Below are positions 8,843 through 18,240 of a stretch of 51,366 nt of DNA, piece by piece. Numbering within the stretch: position 1 is the first letter of the stretch; every line of letters starts with the position of its first letter. The DNA is from Candidatus Zambryskiibacteriota bacterium. GTDB taxonomy: Bacteria; Patescibacteriota; Minisyncoccia; Phycocordibacterales; DATDWN01. The DNA lies in NCBI GenBank assembly GCA_026394775.1, contig JAPLZY010000008.1, positions 1-51,366 of the forward strand, in the 5' to 3' direction. The translations under genes and the position numbers were made by a program. Below the pieces are notes generated by a model. It was not told the origin of the DNA. It saw only the letters and a program-made list of their open reading frames with translations, and searched no databases.

Positions 8843-9409
8843 ATGAAAGAGGTCATTAAAAACCCATACACAAATCTTGAGCGCGACCTGCTCTTTATTT
8901 GTATCTCAGTATTTTTTGCTATTGGCATTGTGCGTTTTGGTGTAGTGAATGATTTGGTTTCAAGAATAGATGAATTAAAAATTGTCGGCAGTTTTATTGC
9001 AGGTTTTTTCTTTACTTCTGCATTTACTATTGCTCCCGCAGCTATCGCTCTAGCTGAAATTTCCCAAAGCACATCTCCTTTTCTAGTAGCATTTTGGGGA
9101 GCGTGCGGTTCTCTTGTGGGGGATTTGGTGATTTTTCTCTTTATTCGTGACAGATTTGCAGATGATGTGATGGAGGTTCTTCATACATTTAAAAATGAAA
9201 AGAAAATTAGTAATTTTTTCAAAAAAGGTTTTTTCAGGTGGCTTTCTCCTGTTCTTGCTGCCATCATCATAGCCTCACCTTTTCCTGATGAATTTGCTAT
9301 TGCACTTATGGGTATTTCAAAAGTACGAATGTCCTTGTTTATCCCTATTTGTTTTGTAATGAGTTTTTTTGGTATTTTAATAGTTGCGCTAATTTCAGGC
9401 GCTCTGTAA
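8843..9409 (+). CDS. integral membrane protein, function unknown
   Basis: Multiple hydrophobic spans. No diagnostic motif recognised. Confidence 0.5.
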   Translation: MKEVIKNPYTNLERDLLFICISVFFAIGIVRFGVVNDLVSRIDELKIVGSFIAGFFFTSAFTIAPAAIALAEISQSTSPFLVAFWGACGSLVGDLVIFLFIRDRFADDVMEVLHTFKNEKKISNFFKKGFFRWLSPVLAAIIIASPFPDEFAIALMGISKVRMSLFIPICFVMSFFGILIVALISGAL

Positions 9410-9423
9410 TATTTTGATATACT

Positions 9424-10779
9424 ATGACTACAAACAGATCTCCATGGATTCATCAGCTTACTCGTACAGACCCTTTTCCGTCTTTGCATACTGACATTAA
9501 AACAGACGTAACTATAGTTGGGGGAGGGATCGCTGGCGTGGCCACCGCCTTTTTCTTGCTTACTGAGACAGATAAAAATGTTGTGCTCGTAGAAGCACAA
9601 CAAATAGCTCGAGGTGCAACAGGGCATAATGCGGGCCAGGTTGTCAGTTATTTTGAGCGCTCGTTTGCAGATATTGTCTCCGAATTTGGATTGGAATATG
9701 CAGGTGCTGCTCAAAAATCAATTGAAGATTCTTGGGTTTTGCTTGACCAAATGTATACAAAAGCAGGTCTGACAATTCCACTCTCTAGATTTTTGGGACA
9801 CGCAGGATTCTCTTCTTATGAGCAAGTGATTAGTCATCTGAAAGATAGTGCATGTCGAGAAAAAGCAGGGCTGTCTCTAGAGTCTTTTCGGATTTCAAAC
9901 AGAGCTGCGTATGTTCAAAAAATTCCACAAGAATACTCTCATCTCTATGAATGTGTAGAACATGATGTCATCATGTCTTTACTGGAAACAAAAGATCCGA
10001 GTTTTAGTGCGGTGTTGTCGTATCAGAAAGGTTGTCTTAATAGCGCACTTTTTTCTGACGAATCAATTGTGTATTTAAAAAATACGTACCCAGAGCGTTT
10101 TTCAGTATATGAAAATACTGCAATTTTAAAAGTTGTACTAAAAAAAGACCATGCTTTGTTAGATGCGGGGGTTGCAACAATAGATACGGGAAAAGTAGTT
10201 TTGTGTACAAACGGTTTTGAGACGCTGACTATTTTTAATGAATCTGGTCTCGATATCGATACACAATTCCATCATGATGTGAAAGGAACTATCGGCTATA
10301 TGTCAGGGTATCTTGAGCCGATGAATAAGCCCCCAACTGCAATTAGTTATTTTACAAACCCTGATGCATCTACACTTGACCCGTATTTTTACCTTACCCG
10401 AAGGCAATACGAATACGAACAAGGTTCAGTGCACAATCTCATATCTGTGGGAGGTCCAGAGGTGTCGCTCGATGACAAAAAATCATACTCACGAGATTTG
10501 TTGTATCCCGAGTCTGAACAAAAAAATATCGATACCTTTATCAAAACTATATACGAAACAGATCCAAATCGAGAAATAGATTATAAGTTTACATGGCATG
10601 GACTCATGGGCTATACCCCAAACCTTATTCGAAGAATCGGTTTTGAACCAAAAAATAAGGTTTTAATGTATAATTTAGGATGTAATGGTGTTGGTATTTT
10701 GCCGTCCGTGTTTGGAGGAAAACGAATAGCTGATTTATTAAATGGTGACACGAGTACAACAATATTTGATCCACAATAA
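9424..10779 (+). CDS. FAD-dependent oxidoreductase (DAO family)
   Basis: VTIVGGGIAGVATAFFL is a Rossmann GxGxxG dinucleotide-binding motif at the N-terminus. The 451-aa length fits the family. Confidence 0.75.
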   Translation: MTTNRSPWIHQLTRTDPFPSLHTDIKTDVTIVGGGIAGVATAFFLLTETDKNVVLVEAQQIARGATGHNAGQVVSYFERSFADIVSEFGLEYAGAAQKSIEDSWVLLDQMYTKAGLTIPLSRFLGHAGFSSYEQVISHLKDSACREKAGLSLESFRISNRAAYVQKIPQEYSHLYECVEHDVIMSLLETKDPSFSAVLSYQKGCLNSALFSDESIVYLKNTYPERFSVYENTAILKVVLKKDHALLDAGVATIDTGKVVLCTNGFETLTIFNESGLDIDTQFHHDVKGTIGYMSGYLEPMNKPPTAISYFTNPDASTLDPYFYLTRRQYEYEQGSVHNLISVGGPEVSLDDKKSYSRDLLYPESEQKNIDTFIKTIYETDPNREIDYKFTWHGLMGYTPNLIRRIGFEPKNKVLMYNLGCNGVGILPSVFGGKRIADLLNGDTSTTIFDPQ

Positions 10780-10782
10780 TAT

Positions 10783-11805
10783 ATGATTAATCGAAGTAAA
10801 GTTGAAATAATTTTCTTTTCAGTCTTGTTTGGGGCGGTACTCGTGCTCACTTTTTTTGTGTTTAAACCTTTTTTTACAACACTTTTTCTTGCGGCAACAT
10901 TTGCAATAGTGCTTTTTCCACTCTATCAATACATCCTTAAACTTTTTAAAGGGCGGGAAATTGTAAGTGTTCTCACAACTATTTTTATAGGCCTTGTGTT
11001 TGTCATACTTCCCGTTGTGTTTTTGGGACAAGAAGCTTTTGAGCAAGCGCGAAGTCTCTATGTAAAATTCTCTACAAACAATATTAGTGAATTTGACTAC
11101 GTGGCGCGTTTAATTGAAGAGCCAATTCAAAAATTTGTCCCGGATTTTTCTATCGATGTCGATCAGTATATTAGACTTTCTTTAGGTTGGGTAACAGATA
11201 ATTTTAAAGACGTCCTCTTCGGTACACTCACTGTCGTTGTTGACGTTTTTCTTATCATACTCGCACTTTTCTTTTTCCTTAAAGACGGAAAGAGGTTTGT
11301 TCAGAGGCTTACAGAGCTTTCACCGCTCCATGATGCATATGACAGAGAACTTTTGGAAAAAACAGCAAATACTATAACAACGGTTGTAAAAGGCACTCTC
11401 CTTATTGCGCTTGTACAGGGTGTTCTTGCGGGAATCGGACTTGCTATTTTTGGTGTGCCAAACGCGGTGTTGTGGGGAGCGCTCGCGGCTTTGTGTGCGT
11501 TTGTGCCGGGACTCGGTACTGCTATTGTTATTATTCCTTCCGTTATCTACCTTTTTGTTATTGGAAATATTCCATTTGCTATTGGGCTATCAGCGTGGGG
11601 GATGATATTGGTAGGTATGATCGACAATGTGCTTGGACCGTATCTCTATAAGCGCGGCACACGACTTCACTCGCTTGTTGTGCTGTTTGCAGTGCTCGGT
11701 GGTATCTCTTTCTTTGGACCAGAAGGTGTTCTTTTGGGGCCTGTCATTGCAAGTCTTTTTATTTCCCTGATTCATATTTACGAAAAAATGGTAATTGCAA
11801 AATAA
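10783..11805 (+). CDS. AI-2E family transporter (PerM/UPF0118)
   Basis: Polytopic membrane protein with FFFLKDGKRF and the C-terminal conserved region FVPGLGTAIV...IDNVLGP. Confidence 0.8.
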   Translation: MINRSKVEIIFFSVLFGAVLVLTFFVFKPFFTTLFLAATFAIVLFPLYQYILKLFKGREIVSVLTTIFIGLVFVILPVVFLGQEAFEQARSLYVKFSTNNISEFDYVARLIEEPIQKFVPDFSIDVDQYIRLSLGWVTDNFKDVLFGTLTVVVDVFLIILALFFFLKDGKRFVQRLTELSPLHDAYDRELLEKTANTITTVVKGTLLIALVQGVLAGIGLAIFGVPNAVLWGALAALCAFVPGLGTAIVIIPSVIYLFVIGNIPFAIGLSAWGMILVGMIDNVLGPYLYKRGTRLHSLVVLFAVLGGISFFGPEGVLLGPVIASLFISLIHIYEKMVIAK

Positions 11806-13152
11806 ATGAGTGTTGATCAGCGAAGAATACGGTCTCTCAATAACGGTGAGTATAAAGAAGGGTTGGTTTTGTATTGGATGAATCGAGATATGCGTATTGT
11901 AGATAACTGGGCTTTTATTCGAGCAGAAGAGTTGGCAGAAATGCACGGCGCTCCTCTGCATGTAGTATATAATCTCGTCCCGAATTTCTTGGGAGGAGGT
12001 TCTCGTCAGTTGGATTTTAAAATACAAGCTCTCAAAGAGCTCATGCTTCTCGCTAAAGAAAAAAATATTTCGTTTACTGTAACCACTGACCCTATTGATG
12101 TGTATGTGGAGCGTGTGGTTAAAAGTGAGGGGGTAGGTTTTCTGGTAACTGACTTTTCACCACTCAAGATTTCTAGAGAGTGGCTTGATGCTCTGAATAA
12201 AAAAATACATATTCCATTTGAAGAGGTGGATGCGCATAATATTGTGCCATGCTTTTTTGTTTCGCAAAAGCAAGAGTTTGCAGCCTATACATTGCGACCA
12301 AAAATAGAAAAAGTTTTAAGTGAGTTTTTGATTGAGTTTCCAAAAAAGCAGTATGTGTATCCGAGACAAGATGCATCAGTAAAAGATATTGATTATGAAT
12401 TGCTTTTGAAAAATATTTCGGTAACACAAAACAGCCAATCTCCACTTGAAATCAAAGGAGGAGCATCTGTTGCAAAAAAAGTACTGCATACATTTATAAA
12501 AGAAAAGCTCGAAGAGTACGATACGGGTCGCAACGATCCCACACAAGATTTCCAATCAGGTTTGTCACCCTACTTGCATTATGGAAATATTTCCGCCCAA
12601 CGTGTGGCTCTGGAAGTAGAAAAATCAGATGCACCGAGAGTGGCAAAAGATGCTTTTCTAGAAGAGCTCATTGTTCGCAAAGAACTTTCTGATAACTTTT
12701 GTTTATATAATACAGAGTATGATTCGGTAAGAGGTTTTCCAAACTGGAGTAAACTATCTCTTGATTCGACACGAAATGATCTGCGAGATTATGTGTATAC
12801 ACAGGAAGAGTTTGAGTTGGGAGCGACCCATGACCCTCTATGGAACGCAGCGCAGACTCAGATGGTAAGGGAAGGTAAAATGCATGGCTATATGCGCATG
12901 TATTGGGCAAAGAAAATACTGGAATGGACAGAGAGTCCTGAAGATGCAATGCGCATAGCGATTTATTTAAATGATACATACGAGCTCGACGGAAGAGATC
13001 CAAATGGATATGCGGGTATTGCATGGTCTATTGGTGGCGTGCATGACCGTGCATGGTTTAAGCGCCCAGTATATGGGCAGGTGAGATATATGAATGCCAA
13101 TGGTGCAGCAAAGAAATTTGACGTTGATGCTTATATAAAAAAATACAGCTAG
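11806..13152 (+). CDS. phr: class II deoxyribodipyrimidine (CPD) photolyase
   Basis: Colinear over its whole length with class II photolyases as I recall them, for example the Methanosarcina enzyme. Shared stretches include VLYWMNRDMR..DNWA, VTDFSPL, EVDAHNIVPC, GKMHGYMRMYWAKKILEW and RDPNGYAGIAWSIGGVHDRAW. Confidence 0.9.
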   Translation: MSVDQRRIRSLNNGEYKEGLVLYWMNRDMRIVDNWAFIRAEELAEMHGAPLHVVYNLVPNFLGGGSRQLDFKIQALKELMLLAKEKNISFTVTTDPIDVYVERVVKSEGVGFLVTDFSPLKISREWLDALNKKIHIPFEEVDAHNIVPCFFVSQKQEFAAYTLRPKIEKVLSEFLIEFPKKQYVYPRQDASVKDIDYELLLKNISVTQNSQSPLEIKGGASVAKKVLHTFIKEKLEEYDTGRNDPTQDFQSGLSPYLHYGNISAQRVALEVEKSDAPRVAKDAFLEELIVRKELSDNFCLYNTEYDSVRGFPNWSKLSLDSTRNDLRDYVYTQEEFELGATHDPLWNAAQTQMVREGKMHGYMRMYWAKKILEWTESPEDAMRIAIYLNDTYELDGRDPNGYAGIAWSIGGVHDRAWFKRPVYGQVRYMNANGAAKKFDVDAYIKKYS

Positions 13153-13228
13153 TTTTGTTCGTGTACAGTCACAATACCTTATTGTATTATAAAGAGATAT
13201 ATAAATAGTATTTGATTACTTTACCTAA

Positions 13229-13717
13229 ATGAATAAAAAAATTATTTACATCCTGATTTTTATTTTTCTGATTGGAGGATTTTTGTATTCATATATATCT
13301 CGCATCAGCAAACCAATGGTTGTAGAAAATGTTTTGGAGAAAGAAGTGCTCGTATCTGTTTCTGCCACATCAACACAGGAGGGCGGGTTTAAAAAGACAG
13401 TAAAAAAAACAGTAGCGCAGAGTAGCTCGTCGCCAAGCAATGTAGAAAATATGTACGTGGTTACCTATACAGAAAATGGTTTCAAACCAAGTGAAATCAA
13501 AATCCCTCGTGGCGCAACAATACGTTTTGTAAATAAAACAAACACCTCAATGAGGATCTTTGCAAATGATAATGCAAAGCCTCCATTTTCTGACCTCAAT
13601 CAACCAAAAGCACTAGGGAAAAATGGTGAGTACACCTTTAATTTTGTATACAGTGGTGTGTGGGCATACTACAACTCACTTGATGCAAAACATACGGGGA
13701 GTATAGTCGTGTATTAA
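13229..13717 (+). CDS. membrane-anchored cupredoxin-like domain protein
   Basis: N-terminal transmembrane helix, a Ser-rich linker, then a beta-rich domain ending ...HTGSIVVY, like the cupredoxin_1/EfeO-type fold. No Cys copper ligand is visible. Confidence 0.5.
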   Translation: MNKKIIYILIFIFLIGGFLYSYISRISKPMVVENVLEKEVLVSVSATSTQEGGFKKTVKKTVAQSSSSPSNVENMYVVTYTENGFKPSEIKIPRGATIRFVNKTNTSMRIFANDNAKPPFSDLNQPKALGKNGEYTFNFVYSGVWAYYNSLDAKHTGSIVVY

Positions 13718-13727
13718 TATTTTTTTT

Positions 13728-14252
13728 ATGACATCACAATACAAAACTCATTTTGAAACAAAAGTATACCAGACTAAATATCGTGTTCACTTTATTCGAA
13801 TCACCGAAGACATAGAAGCTGTGATAGAGCGTTCGGGGGTGTCAGAGGGAAGTGTTGTGGTCCAAACACACCATACGACCGCAAGCTTATGGGTCAACGA
13901 AGATGAAAAAAACCTCATTGGTCCTTCAGAAGAAATGGGCTATACCGCAGACCTTCGAAAAATTCTTGATAGTTTTGCAAGTCCAATGCTCGACTATGGG
14001 CATAATGATATTGCCCATGCAGAAAACAAAGGAGGCAAAAGAAATACTCATCTGTGCGAGCCAGATGAACACGGTGTAATACATGAATGTGTTAATGGAC
14101 ATGCACATGCTCAGGCAATGGTGCTTCAGTCTTCAATCACTCTCATTGTTCATGAAGGGAAGTTGTGTAAAGGAAAATGGCAACAGGTTATGCTCGTAGA
14201 GCTCGACCACGATAGGAAGCGGACAGTGTCTTTTATGGTTCAAGGGGTTTAG
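13728..14252 (+). CDS. YjbQ/UPF0047 family protein (secondary thiamine-phosphate synthase-like)
   Basis: VVVQTHHTTASLWVNEDE and the C-terminal GKWQQVMLVELD...R match the YjbQ family pattern. It carries an internal insertion. Confidence 0.7.
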   Translation: MTSQYKTHFETKVYQTKYRVHFIRITEDIEAVIERSGVSEGSVVVQTHHTTASLWVNEDEKNLIGPSEEMGYTADLRKILDSFASPMLDYGHNDIAHAENKGGKRNTHLCEPDEHGVIHECVNGHAHAQAMVLQSSITLIVHEGKLCKGKWQQVMLVELDHDRKRTVSFMVQGV

Positions 14253-14269
14253 TTGACTCTTGTTGTTAA

Positions 14270-14419
14270 ATGGGGCATTCTTGTGTAAGAATGCTTAAAA
14301 TTATATTCAGTCCCTTCGTTTTTGTGCTTTTTTGTCTTCTGGGATTTGCTCTCGCAATGGGGGCGGAAATCCATGTCAGAGACTCAATTAAAAATTTTAA
14401 CAAACGGGAGGCTGCATGA
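14270..14419 (+). CDS. possible small membrane peptide (49 aa; below the track cutoff)
   Basis: Hand translation gives MGHSCVRMLKIIFSPFVFVLFCLLGFALAMGAEIHVRDSIKNFNKREAA with one hydrophobic helix. The stop overlaps a terminator hairpin. Confidence 0.25.
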   Translation: MGHSCVRMLKIIFSPFVFVLFCLLGFALAMGAEIHVRDSIKNFNKREAA

Positions 14420-14436
14420 AAATGCAAGCCTCTTTT
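14408..14436 (+). terminator. intrinsic terminator
   Basis: GAGGCTGCAT-gaaa-ATGCAAGCCTC (one bulge) followed by TTTT. Confidence 0.5.
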
Positions 14437-14459
14437 GGTTTATATGGTATAAATAAAGT

Positions 14460-15344
14460 ATGACAATTCTTATTACACACAAAGAAGAGGGTTATGAGCT
14501 TTTGGACTCAGGAGACGGAGAAAAACTCGAACGCTTTGGGGAGGTGGTTTTGGTACGACCTGACCCAGAAGTGCTCTGGAAAAAAACACAGAGTGACGAG
14601 GTGTGGAATACTGCTCATGCGCATTTTAAGAAAGGTGATAAGGGTGCAAAATGGCAGATACATAAAGATATCCCTATGCACTGGACTGCTCTTGTTGGCG
14701 GAGTTACTATGGTCTGTAAGATTGGAAATAATAAACATGTAGGAGTGTTTCCAGAGCAGGTTGCTCAGTGGGAGTGGATGAAGGATAGAATCTTGAAGTC
14801 AGAAGCAAAAAGTAAGAATGAGACTATAAAAGTACTCAATCTTTTTGCCTATACAGGAGGAGCGAGTATGGCTTTGGCGAGTGCTGGAGTAGAAGTGACT
14901 CATGTAGATGCATCCAAAGCTTCTATCACCTGGGCACATGAAAACAAAAAGAGTGCAGGGTTAGAAAAAGCAGAAATACGCTTTATGCTCGATGATGTCC
15001 GCAAGTTTGTGGAGCGAGATATAAAAAGAGGGGTGACCTATGATGCAATCTTGATGGATCCACCGGTGTATGGCAGGGGAACAAAAAAGCAGTCCAAAGA
15101 CCAGATGTGGCATATTGACGACGACCTACTCCCACTCCTTGAGCGTTCTTTGAAGCTTCTCTCAAAAGATCCGCTTTTTGTGGTGGTGACCGGATATGCT
15201 TCTGAATATTCACATCTTTCATACGCTAATGCGCTGTTGGGTGTACTGCCTCATGCAACTATTGAGTCGGGGGAACTGGCGATTGAAGAATCAGGATCTA
15301 AAAGACTTCTCCCTGCAGGTATTTTTGCACGAGCTACTTTTTAA
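14460..15344 (+). CDS. class I SAM-dependent (RlmI/PF10672-like) methyltransferase
   Basis: NLFAYTGGASMALASAGVEVTHVDASK and ILMDPPVYGRG (the DPP motif) are characteristic of the RlmI-type rRNA m5C methyltransferase catalytic domain. Confidence 0.7.
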   Translation: MTILITHKEEGYELLDSGDGEKLERFGEVVLVRPDPEVLWKKTQSDEVWNTAHAHFKKGDKGAKWQIHKDIPMHWTALVGGVTMVCKIGNNKHVGVFPEQVAQWEWMKDRILKSEAKSKNETIKVLNLFAYTGGASMALASAGVEVTHVDASKASITWAHENKKSAGLEKAEIRFMLDDVRKFVERDIKRGVTYDAILMDPPVYGRGTKKQSKDQMWHIDDDLLPLLERSLKLLSKDPLFVVVTGYASEYSHLSYANALLGVLPHATIESGELAIEESGSKRLLPAGIFARATF

Positions 15345-15347
15345 ATT

Positions 15348-15382
15348 AAAAAAAGCGCGTAGCCGACGAGGGTCGGCTACGC
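15348..15382 (-). terminator. intrinsic terminator oriented for minus-strand transcription
   Basis: Perfect 11-bp stem GCGTAGCCGAC-gagg-GTCGGCTACGC. The U-tract exists only on the minus strand (A7 at 15348-15354 on the plus strand). Confidence 0.55.
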
Positions 15383-15588
15383 GGATTCGGGTGGATTACT
15401 TAACCTAGAGCCACTCATCTTCTAGGTGCGGCCCAGTCTTTGGAGGGCGTTCATTTTCAACTTTCGGTGGAGGAGGGGTGGTTTTTTGAGCAGTCTCCAG
15501 CTGCTCATTTTGTTGAGGTGTTGAGGTGTGCATATGTCTTTCCATATCCTATCTAGCCGAGATGCAAGAGTCAAGTTATACTGTGTGT

Positions 15589-16131
15589 ATGAATACATTC
15601 GATGTTGCAGTTTTTGATTTTTTTCACTCCATTGCAAATCCTTTTTTAACCTATAGCTTTTATACTGCTACATGGTTTTTTAATGCGATACCTGCAACAT
15701 TTCTTTTTCTTCTCGCATCTTTTTTTATCTGCATGTGGGGTACGAGGAAATCTCTCACTGAATTTTGGGGAGCTATTGGATTTTCGTATGCACTCGTATG
15801 GGCAATAAAAGTATGGGTGAACTTTCCTCGTCCTGAGCTTGGTATTATCACTGCATTTGGCCCGAGCTTTCCTTCAGCACACACCGCCCTGGCGACCACT
15901 TTTTTCTTTTTCTTTTTGCGGTTTATGCGTCATGAGAAAAACATATTTCGCCGATGGGTTCATATTTTGTTTTGTGTGCTTTCTCCAGTTGTTGTAGGGA
16001 TGAGTCGACTTTATCTCGGTGTGCACTGGTTTTCCGATGTTCTTGCTGGGTTTACAATTGGTGTACTTGCGCTTATAGTTTCTGATTATATATGGAAGAA
16101 ATTTCACACCCACGTATTCTCTCTGGATTAG
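15589..16131 (+). CDS. PAP2-family phosphatase (undecaprenyl-diphosphatase-like)
   Basis: PAP2 motifs KVWVNFPRP, PSFPSAHTA and SRLYLGVHWFSDV. The in-frame ATG at 15589 is preferred over the track start 15526. Confidence 0.75.
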   Translation: MNTFDVAVFDFFHSIANPFLTYSFYTATWFFNAIPATFLFLLASFFICMWGTRKSLTEFWGAIGFSYALVWAIKVWVNFPRPELGIITAFGPSFPSAHTALATTFFFFFLRFMRHEKNIFRRWVHILFCVLSPVVVGMSRLYLGVHWFSDVLAGFTIGVLALIVSDYIWKKFHTHVFSLD

Positions 16132-16946
16132 TCGTACGAGACGCGATCCGTGAAAAACTTGCTTCACAGGTGAGTACTTTTTTAACGCCGCCCACTCTTA
16201 TGATTATTCAAGTGGGAGATAGGGAGGATTCTAATACGTATATTAGGGAGAAAATAAATTTTGGAGCATCGATCGGTATGGAAGTAAAAGTAAAGAAACT
16301 TAAAGAGACGATAACAGAAGCTGAGTTAGAAGAAGAAATACATGTTCACAATACTGACACATCTGTCACGGGTATTATAGTCCAGCTACCACTGCCAGTT
16401 CATATATCTAAACATATACTCGAGCATATCAAACCACTCAAAGATGTTGATTGTTTGACTGCTTACCACGAAGAAAGGTTAAAAAACGGAGATGTGCGTT
16501 CTGCGCCGGCGACTGCTCGTGCAATACGTACTCTTTTAGAGTATTACACTATACCAGTGGCTTCTCGGCACATTGTGATTGTAGGAAGATCTCGTTTGGT
16601 GGGAGGCCCTACAGCTACACTCCTGCGACTTTCTGGGGCAAAGGTCTCAGTGATACATCGACAAACAGAAAACCCGAAAGCAATCAGTCAGAGTGCCGAT
16701 GTGCTTGTTGTGGCCTGTGGTGTACCTCAATTGATAACCGAAGAGTGGATCAATCCGAGTCTGCATACTGTAGTGGTAGATGTTGGCATACATCGCACAG
16801 AGACGGGTCTTGTGGGGGATGTTGATTTTGACAGAGTCAAAGGTTCTGTCTCTGCAATTTCTCCAGTGCCGGGTGGGGTAGGGCCTCTTACCGTAGCTTC
16901 TCTTTTTGAACACCTTGTCAGTACCCATGTTCAAAGCCTTGTATAG
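16092..16946 (+). CDS. folD: bifunctional methylenetetrahydrofolate dehydrogenase/cyclohydrolase
   Basis: GIIVQLPLP, VIVGRSRLVGGP and PVPGGVGPLTVA are FolD motifs. The gene overlaps the PAP2 gene by 40 nt. Confidence 0.9.
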   Translation: MEEISHPRILSGLVVRDAIREKLASQVSTFLTPPTLMIIQVGDREDSNTYIREKINFGASIGMEVKVKKLKETITEAELEEEIHVHNTDTSVTGIIVQLPLPVHISKHILEHIKPLKDVDCLTAYHEERLKNGDVRSAPATARAIRTLLEYYTIPVASRHIVIVGRSRLVGGPTATLLRLSGAKVSVIHRQTENPKAISQSADVLVVACGVPQLITEEWINPSLHTVVVDVGIHRTETGLVGDVDFDRVKGSVSAISPVPGGVGPLTVASLFEHLVSTHVQSLV

Positions 16947-16987
16947 GTGTGCTATACTAGACGGGTTATTCATTAAATAGAAAATAC

Positions 16988-17791
16988 ATGGACACACTAT
17001 TTGACTCAACTGATAAAAAGAAGGTTATAAAATATGTACTTGTTTTTGTTGTTATACTCTCTGTATTTGTGGGTATGAAAACACTCAATGCACTTAAAGA
17101 GTATTCATATATTGGAAAAAATATTCCTGCAATGAATGTTGTTTCAGTAACAGGAAAAGGGGAGGTTTATGCTAAACCTGACATAGCCTCTTTTACCTAC
17201 ACAGTTCTTGAAGAAGGTAAGGCAGCAGGAGAAGCACAGGATAAGGCTACTAAAAAAAGCAATCTAGTGATTGATGCTTTGAAGAAAGCAGATATTGAAG
17301 AAAAAGATATCAAGACTGTTTCGTACAATATAAATCCAAAATACGAATACACGGGTGGTGTATGTACACAGTATTCATGTCCTCCAAGTAAGTCTGTAAT
17401 CTCTGGATACGAAGTCTCACAATCAATAGAAGTAAAAGTGCGAAATATTGAAAAGGCGGGGGACATGCTCGCACTCGTGGGAGGCCTCAATGTTTCAAAT
17501 GTCTCAGGATTGAATTTTGTAGTTGATGATATGGAAGGGCTTAAGGCCGAAATTCGAAAACAAGCAATTATTGACGCAAAAGAAAAAGCTAAAGTTCTTT
17601 CAAAAGAACTTGGAGTAAAATTTGACGGTATTGTGAGTTTCTATGAATCGAGCGATGAAATCTACCCAATGCCAATGATGGCAAATGCAGCATACGGAAT
17701 GGCTATGGATTCAATGAAAGTTGCACCAAGTCTTCCGGCTGGAGAAAACAAACTGACTACTCAGGTGACTATCACCTATGCAGTTAAGTAG
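16988..17791 (+). CDS. SIMPL/DUF541 domain protein (periplasmic immunogenic protein-like)
   Basis: N-terminal anchor followed by the SIMPL-family pattern: VTGKGEV...KPD, GYEVSQSIEVKVRN and AIIDAKEKAKVLSKELGV. Confidence 0.7.
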   Translation: MDTLFDSTDKKKVIKYVLVFVVILSVFVGMKTLNALKEYSYIGKNIPAMNVVSVTGKGEVYAKPDIASFTYTVLEEGKAAGEAQDKATKKSNLVIDALKKADIEEKDIKTVSYNINPKYEYTGGVCTQYSCPPSKSVISGYEVSQSIEVKVRNIEKAGDMLALVGGLNVSNVSGLNFVVDDMEGLKAEIRKQAIIDAKEKAKVLSKELGVKFDGIVSFYESSDEIYPMPMMANAAYGMAMDSMKVAPSLPAGENKLTTQVTITYAVK

Positions 17792-17824
17792 TTAAAACTA
17801 CTAAATCCGGTAAACTCCAAAAAA

Positions 17825-17848
17825 ACGCCTCAGTTGAGGCGTTTTTTT
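17825..17848 (+). terminator. intrinsic terminator
   Basis: ACGCCTC-agtt-GAGGCGT flanked by an A-run and T7. Confidence 0.75.
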
Positions 17849-17863
17849 GATTATGTAAAAATA

Positions 17864-17892
17864 TTGACTGATTGTGTAATAAAGAGTATTAT
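17864..17892 (+). promoter_or_regulatory. sigma70-type promoter TTGACT-N17-TATTAT upstream of secE
   Basis: -35 element at 17864-17869 and -10 element at 17887-17892, with a 17-nt spacer counted by hand. Confidence 0.55.
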
Positions 17893-17937
17893 ATATTCAT
17901 TAGTCGGCCCCAGCAGGGCTTTTTTCAAACAAAATTT

Positions 17938-18117
17938 ATGAGCTTTATACAATACCTCAAAGAGACACAAGTGGAACTTAAACATGTTACCTGGCCAACA
18001 CGCAGTCAGACAATGGTATTTACTATCGTTGTTATACTCGTTTCATTTGGTGTAGCATATTTCCTCGGGCTTTTTGATTTTATCTTCAGTTTGGTATTAG
18101 AAAAATTCGTCCTCTAG
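17938..18117 (+). CDS. secE: preprotein translocase subunit SecE
   Basis: 59-aa protein: KETQVELKHVTWPTRSQT followed by a single transmembrane helix. It lies directly upstream of nusG-rplK. ATG 17938 is preferred over track start 17872. Confidence 0.85.
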   Translation: MSFIQYLKETQVELKHVTWPTRSQTMVFTIVVILVSFGVAYFLGLFDFIFSLVLEKFVL

Positions 18118-18120
18118 GTA

Positions 18121-18233
18121 AACATACGAATATACAAATAGTCAAATGATGCGAATGGTTACGAATTAGAAAGTACTAAAAGCATTCATTCGTAACTATT
18201 CGTAGATTCGAATTATTCGTTAATTCGTATATT
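18121..18233. repeat. TACGAA/TTCGTA-rich palindromic intercistronic element, copy 1 (full length)
   Basis: Fills the secE-nusG gap. Ends are ACATACGAATAT ... AATTCGTATATT. The internal arms GCGAATGGTTACGAAT and ATTCGTAACTATTCGT are complementary. Roughly three-quarters identical by eye to 41738-41847. Confidence 0.7.
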
Positions 18234-18240
18234 AAATTTT

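Noticed and set aside
9181-9714. 177-aa minus-strand ORF
   Set aside because: It lies antisense across the junction of two well-supported + strand genes (a membrane protein and the FAD oxidoreductase). It has no motifs and an odd composition, so it is a shadow ORF.
11590-12027. 145-aa minus-strand ORF spanning the AI-2E/photolyase junction
   Set aside because: It is antisense to two conserved genes and has no recognisable features.
16451-16825. 124-aa + strand ORF inside folD in another frame
   Set aside because: It is Cys/Arg-rich nonsense sequence overlapping the conserved FolD frame.
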